This document shows positions 54,940-64,000 of a stretch of 64,000 nt of DNA, piece after piece. The notes under the pieces were generated by a model. The model was not told the DNA's origin and did not search any database. It was given only the letters and a program-made list of their open reading frames with translations. Within the stretch, counting starts at the first letter, position 1. Each line of letters opens with the position of its first letter. The DNA is from Amoebidium appalachense (lineage: Eukaryota; Protista; Ichthyosporea): the NCBI GenBank assembly GCA_963693365.1, contig CAVNZM010000005.1, positions 620,001-684,000 of the forward strand, given 5' to 3'. The position numbers were made by a program, and so were the translations under genes.

Positions 54940-57235
54940 TTTTACGCTTCATAGATCTAAGCCGTGTAATACTATATACAGCTGTGTTGGTCGGGTGTGC
55001 GGGCACTTAGTGGGCTTAGGTGTTATTATGGTAGCCTAGGCATTTCCGCGCGTTGGGCAGAACGAATAGCATAAGATAGAAAGAGAAAGATAGCAGGGCC
55101 TCCGCGAAGGTTGAGCGGTCGACGTCCGAAGACGAGTGAACTTACAATACCACTCACAGTTCGGGCTCGACTCCATGGAGCGCACATCCCTCGATACTGT
55201 AAACTGCAGTAGACATGTTTGAGTGCGGCACCTTGGCAGCTTGTGCAGCGTGCTGCATGCATGATGTGTGTAATCGGTTAGCAATGTAGCAACAACAAGC
55301 CTGTACTACCTCACCTGGATAAAAAAGTAATTCACATAAGGCTAGGATGTGAAAGAGTTATCATGCAAATACAAGCTTAAATTATTGAACAAAGAATGGA
55401 AATGTTACAGGAATCAACAGACACAATGTGACGATTCTTTCGAAGAACGAGGGCATGGCCACAAATTCCCTCTAATCATAATCAATCGCTATTCAATTAT
55501 TAGGGGGGTTTAGGGCCAGAAAATGCCCCTGAAAATCCGAAAATTGTCCCTGACTTTTTGAGGTTAGGTCCATCAATTTTCCAGAAATTGGCCCTAAAAG
55601 AGCTAAATATATAAGAAAATTACACCTAAAAACGGCTGTTGGCTCTGTTAGGGCCATCCAGCCATGGTGGAAAGTTACCAAAATGGCACCAGCCAATAAC
55701 AAATTTCACACCCTGTGATTCACTCTAATCATGTTCTGAAGGTATGTGCAGTGTTTGTTTAGGTGCTTTGTGATTGGTTGATGATAACATACCAGTGCAG
55801 TGTTTTTGACGTTGATGATTGGCGGAATAACGACACGGTAACTCAGATCTTTATTTGGAGCTTTCTTGTATATTTGGTGGACTTCAACAGATAACGGGAA
55901 AGTATCATTCCTCGTGATTCACTCGCTATTTTCCCGTAAGTTTTGCTTTTAAATACCGCATAAATACCTTATGATACATAAAATAAAAATTTGTTCCTTT
56001 AACATGATCAAATATGGTTGTAGGGCTTTTTCAATACGTATCCATGGCGTCACGTGTGTTGTCATCTTCGGAGTCCACCAATCGAATCTAGTAATTATCA
56101 GACATCTAAATTACCGTACTTCTTGGTGCTTGCTTCTTCAATCACAATCCATCTGAGATTCTATAGGCATGCCTTTCGTGCTATCTACAACGATCAAATA
56201 TATAGAACTGCATTTTCTTGATCGTTGTTGTGATATATATATATATATATATATACTTTGCTCGAATACGGGGAATATTTCTTTATTTTCATACTGTGAC
56301 ATACTCTCAAGCTATTATTTTTTCTTCTTTGATTGATAAGGGTTATTTACTACGCATGCGCATGCACCTCGATGATGATGCCGGAGCCGGGGGCCCGGTG
56401 ACCTTCGTGATCACCGGCTCACGACTCACGAGTCACAGCCGTGCACAGGCCTGGCGGCGGCTCAGTTGCCATCAGGCTGATTCAGCGGCACCAGCCCGCG
56501 ACGCAATTCTGCCCTCTACTCTGCCCTGGCCCATCCACGGCTGTACATGTGCTGTCCGAACGTATGCGGCATTGCGGACGATTTTCTACTTCGAATTCTC
56601 TGCCGTTTCGAATTCAAAAAACAGGAGAGCTGGAGCCGGAGAGCCCTACAGTACATCCAATAATTAAGCTACTAATCGCGAACATATCGGCAAAGCTACA
56701 AAAACCATTTGTAATACAGTCTCAGAATACGGTGTACTTGAACACGAAACATTTTTTTTTTAAAATAAATAAATAAATAAATATACAAATATATATATCT
56801 CCACATTCGATGTCTATCTGATAAGTTATATCTCCACATAACTTAGTAAAAATCTGTATGTATGTAAGTGTAACATCGATTTGTACATGTATACTTTGTT
56901 GGGTGGAAGTACTGTTGGCCTTGCAATTGGTGCCGACATCTCATCACAGCTCACCTACATTTCGTTAATAGACAGCACATTCCCCCCCCCAAAAACCATT
57001 CGTATGTACCAGAATATTCGATTGTATATTAGGCTGTGTTTGTCACAAGTTGTTCGTTTGTGCACGGTGGTACGCGTGAGAAGTGAATCAACATGTGCAG
57101 CTGCCAGTGCATGCAGAGTCGCGCCCGAACAAATTTTCGTCGCCCACGGGCCACGGCCCCGGGGACACGTGGTGCCGTCGGACCCGCGGCCGGGTGGACC
57201 TACAAAAGATCGTGTTGCTGGGTCCACGGGACCTG

Positions 57236-57302
<67 letters not shown>

Positions 57303-57660
57303 CCTCTCCCTCCCTCCCTCCCCAGGCTGCCCGTGAGGGTCCCCCGGGAGCCCTCTCTCTCTCTCGGTCCCACGCATGCACCCTTTCTGTTGAAAGTTTC
57401 CTCCGGGCCCATGGCATTGCCATGCCTGCATTCGACGTATGTATATCGCCCACCTCACCCACGTGCACCAGCATCTAATTTTTTTTCTGATAGGAGCTTC
57501 AACTTCAATACTTCGTTCAACACTGCTCACGTGCTCTTTGACTATGTCAGTATGATGATGCATACGCTGTGTACATGCCAGTGTCACATGCATATGCGTG
57601 TGCGACACACTTCTGCGTGTGTGCACGTGTGTCGTCATCGAGCGTCACATGTACATGCGC

Positions 57661-57708
<48 letters not shown>

Positions 57709-58937
57709 CGCGCGTGTGCGCGTGTGCATGTGTGTATGTATGTGCTCGCGCGCGTGTGTGTCCATGTCTCTGTGTTCTCAGTCAATGATTGCTAAACTAC
57801 AACAATGTGTGTGTGCGGGTGACACAGTGCCCCAGTGATTCTTTTTTTTTTTTGGTTTTTATTTTGGCCATAATGGTACTGGAGTGGAGCGAATGCCGGA
57901 AAGTTTCGCCAGGAGTGTTTCAAGAATTTACGCGTGCACGATTACATGGTTAATACGTGACATAATAGTCACAGTGCATTTGTTTGTGTAGATGCGTGCG
58001 AGAGTGTTCATTTGTGTGTGTTCTTGCGTCACAGTGACTGTTCAGGTATACGTGTACATGTCTGTCGCACGGGTGTGTGTGTGTGTGTGTGAACGGTTTG
58101 TGTGTGTGTGTGGTGGTGGTGGTGGTGGGGGGGGGGGGGGGGGGAAGTACCTGCTCGGTGGGTGATGGGTCCCCTCCTGCCCCCCTTTCGTCCTCCCCCC
58201 CCCCCCCCCACCCCCAAGCAGGCACCCCCCCCCCCCCTCCACACCCACACCCACACAGCCACACAGCCACATCCACCCTCCCACCCTCCCCAGCTAGCGG
58301 AGAGGTCCCCCCCTTCCCCCAACCACCTGGCGGGGAATTAAAGGCAAAGGGTCCTTGGTGGACCATTGCATGCGCGTGTGTGTGTGTGTGTGTGTGTGGA
58401 GGGGAGGAAGGGGGGGAGGGGAGGGGGGAGGGGAGGGGGGGGGGGGCGGGAGGGAGGGGGGAGAGGAGGGGGGAGGGAGGGACATATGTTGACTTGGAAG
58501 CAAGGCTTTAAACTCATGACATAGTGTGCCTACATATCAACTAAACTCAGAACAACTGAATGAAAGGATATAGGGCCGGATATCACTTGGTCTATGTGAC
58601 AATTGAATCGTTTTTGCACTGATGGAATAGGCATATAACTAGTTCTCTATGCCGCCGTGACATTGATTCAATCTCCTATAGTGACCTGTTGAGGGTTCAA
58701 AGATAGATGATATCTAAGCGGTATCATGATTGACTGTTTAAGAGTATACTTGGTGAAGTCAGCCCTGCCATTCAGTAGGGCAGGCTGTACGTGTGAATGA
58801 TAAAAATGACTACATGACATGGCCAAGAAAGTACAACATCGGCAGAACTTAGTGCAACAGGTTGAGGTGAGACTGTACATATACGTAGCCAGTCTTAGTG
58901 CGGGTTGTGCGCGTGTGTGTTTGTGCGTGCATGTGTG

Positions 58938-59006
<69 letters not shown>

Positions 59007-59087
59007 CGAGCGTGTGTGTGTGCAAGTGGGCAACATGTCTGTGTGCGTGTATTTGGAGGAGTGTGCGTGTGCATGTCTGTCTCAGGT

Positions 59088-59290
<203 letters not shown>

Positions 59291-60256
59291 CTGTGTGTGT
59301 GAGTATGTGTGCGTGTGTGTGTGCGCGCGTGTGTTTGTGGTTTGTGCAGGCCTAGCCGGCCTGTAGCTGGTCTCTCTCTGCCTAGAGCTCTCGAAACCAG
59401 CAAGTTGTAAGTATGTTTTTACTGCATCTATACCAACCATAGTATCCGTGCTTGCGTATATAAATGTCTGCATGTGTAACAGTGCTTGTACTGTGCCAGC
59501 TGGTGGTGGTGGCACGGCCCTCTGAGAGTCTGACAGTCTCAACTGTCACTTGCGGATCGAGATTCGGTTACCGCGAGCTCAATGGAATGTGATTTTATGA
59601 CGTAATCTATCCAAGCCGTGTTTTCAAAGGGCCGTGGTGGTGGTGGTGTAATTTGTAAGCCGTCATCGCAAGTGCCACATATAACTTACCATCAGTGAGT
59701 AGGCCACGCCACATTCATGTTGTTGGTTTGTGCTTGTGTGTGCAGCGAGACCTTCTAGCGTTCAGTCAATGTGCTGTGCGTGTGCTTTTTGTTTGCCCCG
59801 GCCGTGACTTTCAGCCAAGGCCAGCTGGCCGCTCATGATCAAGATTACGTAATCCTGCAGTCTGCAAACTATTTCGTCATTGGATACATAATAACGAAAA
59901 TACAGACTAATGCTACACCGTGAACATTTTGTCACCTAAACAGTAGACAGGCACATGCACTTGAGTACACACGCACGTACTAGTATACTGGTATCTGCCC
60001 AGACAGAACAACGTGCACGGCCACGCGCATGTCTGCGCCTTCACACGCACACGCAGGCATATGCCTGCATATGCCCACGCGCACGCACATACAGGCGAAC
60101 ATAATGGCCTGAACCGATATACCCACACCACGTCAGCACGAAACATTAATACAGCAACCACTGCAGCACACACAGGCACAGCCACCACACATTACAAACC
60201 CAACAGACAATAAGGGAAACTCGCTAATAACTATAAAAGTAACTTCCTATAAGAAA

Positions 60257-60700
60257 ATGTCTTCAAAAGCAAGGAAAGAGAAACAAGAAGCCTTGAAGCA
60301 ACTCACATGCACTTTTCATGTTGGGGATGCCGTTCACTTCCTTTTCAGATGCAATAAGACCCAGGGCTTGGTTCCGACTAAGCGCGACTTTTCTTATTAT
60401 GTGGGGTCAGTGGTTAAAGAAACACAGTCTGAGGTGGTTGTAGGATGGACGCTCTTCTTAAAGGTCGATAAGGACCCTGAGGCCATGAGCTTAAAGAAGG
60501 CATATCCACCCTCGAGACTGTTACACTGCCTGACCCCAGGTGTGTTTGTGTTGTTTACCCTCCCCCCCCCTCCCCCCTCCTGTTCGTCTAGTAAACACCA
60601 CCCATACAACACACACTCCAGCCTCATCTAGCTCACCCAAGCCTTGCGCACATGCGCACGCACGCGCGCGCGCACACACACGCACGCACGCGCGCGCACG

Positions 60701-60755
<55 letters not shown>

Positions 60756-61359
60756 CGTCCGCCTCCACCACAAGCTGTGAAATAGTCTTAGTCATAGTTA
60801 ACCCGAGACGCTTACACTATCAATGAAAACTAACCGACAAACGTGCAAAGGTATGTGCTCACTCTCACATACTTAAACTGTAAAACATTCAATGGACACC
60901 CAGTTACAAATACCCTTGTGCCTATGTCACAACACGCACTGGCACCAAAACACACAAATACCCCTTCCCCCCTCCCTCCATCCCCCCATCCCTATCCCCC
61001 CACCCCTCCTCCCTCCCTCCCCACCTCCCCCCCGACACCTATGGGGGCACCAGCATACACTTGAATGACACACATGGAAGAGGGGGAGGGGAGAGTAGAG
61101 GCAGCTGCTATATTTCTGGTGCCCGTTCTCGAGTTAGCAAGGCGTTTGCAACTCGCTTGTCTTCTCACTTTCGAAGTCCAACGCCAAGAACTTAGAAAAT
61201 GGGAAATGACTCTTGAAGGGGGGAGGGGGGGGGGGGGGGGGTGTTTACTGGATCATGACACTGGATTGCGTGGAGATCAAAAACCCAAAATGCCATGAGA
61301 GCCTCGGGTCGGGGGGGGGGGGGGGGGGAGGGGAGGGGGGGGGGGGGGTTTAAGTGTGT

Positions 61360-61390
<31 letters not shown>

Positions 61391-61575
61391 GGTGTTTACT
61401 GGATCATGACACTGGATTGCGTGGAGATCAAAAACCCAAGATGCCATGAGAGCCTCGGGTCGAGGGGGGGGGGGGGGGGGGGGACGGGAGAGGGGGGGGG
61501 GGGTTAAGTGTGTGTGTGTGTGTGGGGGGGGGGGGGTTAAGTGTGTGTGTGTGGGGGGGGGGGGGGGTTAAGTGT

Positions 61576-61606
<31 letters not shown>

Positions 61607-61978
61607 GAGGGAGGGGGTTGTCTGTATGGGGAGGCAAATGACACACCCACTTGGTTTCTTTTTGCTGTGGCCTAAGAAAGTATGTCCCTCCTTCCCCCCC
61701 CTCCATACCAGCTAACCCATCTCTGCCAAAACAGGAGAGAAAGATCCCCCCGGATGCATATGTCGCAAGCGCGTTCGTGTATGCCCCCCCTCCCCCCCCC
61801 CTCTCCCCCCCCCCCCCCCCCCCCCCCCGTCTTCCCAACCCGGATGCCAGGGTGTTATTTGATGTAACCCTATTATTATGCCTTTGAGTTTGCGTTTGTT
61901 TTTTTTCGGTCTTAGAGATATGTTTGCACTGTTTTTGGAGGTGGGTGGTTTGTGTGTGGGTGGTGGTGGTGATGTGTG

Positions 61979-62009
<31 letters not shown>

Positions 62010-62017
62010 TGGGGTGT

Positions 62018-62051
<34 letters not shown>

Positions 62052-63565
62052 GGGGTGTTTTTTTTTTTTTGGGGGGGGGGGGGGGGACTCGTACACACAC
62101 ATAATGGACACACAAATTGGGCGACTGTGGTCTTTGGGAAATGCAGGGCAGGTGTTAACCCCTTAATTGCTGGCATTCCATTTAGTTTGTGCAGATGCTC
62201 GTTTCATTATCGTTTTAATTATCAAGATTGATGCTGTTGGTCTTGTGGTTTGAGTTTTGGGCCAAGGTCAGGTTAATAAACATATTCTTTTCTTACCCCG
62301 TTTTCTTTCTTTCTTTCTTTCTTTCTTTGTTTTCTTTTCGTTTCATTTATTTTGCAGGCACTTGTTTCTCGAAGACCGAAGTATCGCGCATATGTACGAT
62401 TGTTTGCTCCCCCACGAGCAAAGTATGAAAAGGAGGAAGGCGGAGGGCGAAAGAGAAAGAGGGAGGAGGAGGAAGAGGAAGAGGAGGGAGAAGAGGAGGA
62501 GGGGGAGAGTGAGGGGGAGAGACATGGTGATGGGCACGTGGGTGAGGAGAGGGAAGTGGAAGGAGTGGAGGAGGGCGGGGAGGAGGGGGAGGGGGAGGGG
62601 GAGGGGGAGGGGGATGGGGAAGTGGAAGAGGAAGAGGGAGAGCAACAAGAGCAAGATATGGAACAGAGGGTAGAGGTAGGGGGGCATGTGGCGGGTGTGG
62701 ATGTCGAGGGGGAGGATGAGGAAAGGCTGGATGAGGAGGTGTTGAACAGACAGGTACGTGGGGGAGGGGATGGAGGGGGAGGGGGGGAGGGGGAGGAGGG
62801 GGAAACAGAGTGGTGGTGGTGTGAATTGGAGGGCTGAGTGTGTGTGGTTGTATTTTTGCATGTAGGTGTAGGTGTGTAGGTGGGTGTGTCGGTGGGAGGA
62901 GCAAGAAGGGAGGGGGCGCGGCGGAGAGGGGGGGGTGGGTGGGGAGAAGGGCTGGGGGGGGAGGGGGGGGGGGGGGCTGGGGGAGGAGGGGGGGAAGGGG
63001 AGGGGGAGGAGTGTGTGGAGGTGGTGGGGTGAAGAGGAAGGTTGTTGATGTTGATGCAAGATTATTTTGGTGTGAAGGTGGTTGAGTATAGGTGTGGGGG
63101 GAAGAAAGGTTGGAGGGGTAGGTGTAGGGTGTGAGTGATTAGTTGAGCGGGTGTTGGAGCGGGTGTGTGTGTAGATGGGGGGGAGGGAGGGGGGGGGGGG
63201 GAGGGGGGAGGGGGGGAGGGGGGGGGGGGGGGGGGGGCGCCGCAAGATGCATTTTCACCCTCCCTTTGTGGATCAAGTGTCTATTCATTGCACGTCAGTG
63301 TGGTTCTTTCAGTTGGGTGTCTACTATTAGTCGCACACAAAGTGTTGGGCGGTTGGGGGTCGGACGAGGGGGTGGGGGAGAGGGGAGGAGGGGGGGCAAG
63401 TCCGAGGAGATTATCCAGGAGATGCCAAATGCGGCATGTGTGCACGTGTGATACCGCAGCCACATGTGAGACTGGATACATAAATGACAATAAATGCTCT
63501 GCGAGGACACCCAAATACACACTTCCATGCAAGCACGCAGAAACACACACACGTGCGGCGCACGT

Positions 63566-63615
<50 letters not shown>

Positions 63616-63749
63616 CTTGAGCTGGAAGACTACCACTCTCTGTGGGCATGGTTGCAGAGGCAGGAGAGAAACGACATGCACCATTGGCTGTTCAGGTCAA
63701 GGGGACAGAGAACAGACACGGGGTAGGCATGTGTGTGTGTGTGGGTGGG

Positions 63750-63781
<32 letters not shown>

Positions 63782-64000
63782 GGGTGGGTGGGTGGGTGGG
63801 TGTGTGGGTGGGTGGGTGGGTGTGTGGGACTCTGTGTATCTGTGTCTGCCTGTGTGTATCTGTGTGTGTACGTGTGTGCGTGTGTTTGTGTGTGTACATG
63901 TGGTGATAGCAGGTCTCTCTTGCTTGATGTATGAGCCAACCCTGTGTTTCCTTTTGTGTATAGGCCGCTATATCTTGTTCCGTCTAGTTTCTTTTCGGAG
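60257..64000 (+). CDS. Unidentified spliced gene (5' part), with a small N-terminal globular domain and a long acidic tract; continues past the window
   Basis: Non-repetitive exons that join in phase: 60257-60539, 61712-61776, 62358-62753 (RKRKR followed by poly-Glu/Gly), 63616-63722 (after (CA)n-CAG), 63964-end. An extra exon near 63300-63440 is possible. Confidence 0.55.
61241..61462. repeat. Local duplication of a ~71-bp segment
   Basis: GTGTTTACTGGATCATGACACTGGATTGCGTGGAGATCAAAAACCCAA(A/G)ATGCCATGAGAGCCTCGGGTCG at 61241 and 61392. Confidence 0.9.

Noticed and set aside
55771-55940. Third E2F/CCAAT cluster upstream of the arrestin gene
   Set aside because: The matches (TTGGCGGAA, TTTTCCCGT) deviate from the consensus and are too weak to call.
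56018-56651. hAT-like MITE bounded by a TGTAGGGCT inverted repeat
   Set aside because: The inverted match is only 9 bp, and the flanking 8-mers do not form a target-site duplication.

Overview
Eukaryotic, intron-rich genomic DNA saturated with (CA)n/(GT)n, (GA)n/(CT)n and poly-G/poly-C tracts; almost all ORFs in the supplied track are low-complexity artefacts. Manual exon stitching gives six complete host genes: TTC39/IML2-like TPR protein (+, 3625-19667), OCA1/SIW14-family phosphatase (-, ~23466-28808), mitoribosomal mL44/MRPL44 (+, 29536-37279), a C-factor-like SDR (+, 37977-41369), the E2F partner DP (+, 43306-48144) and an arrestin-fold protein (-, 52521-54939). An unidentified gene starts at 60257 and runs off the window. 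The gene mix suggests a unicellular opisthokont such as an ichthyosporean (inference). The first 3.3 kb looks like a decayed ISL2EU/Harbinger-type DNA transposon: a THAP domain plus only the DDE transposase C-terminus, convergent with an intronless XPG/EXO1-family nuclease rather than the YqaJ exonuclease known from ISL2EU. Other notable items: a 74-bp array made of in-frame 45-nt exons and 29-nt GT-AG pseudo-introns; (CA)n tracts running directly into many 3' splice sites; a dispersed repeat with hammerhead-like core half-motifs; and E2F/CCAAT sites upstream of DP. All calls come from reading the sequence; no database searches were run.
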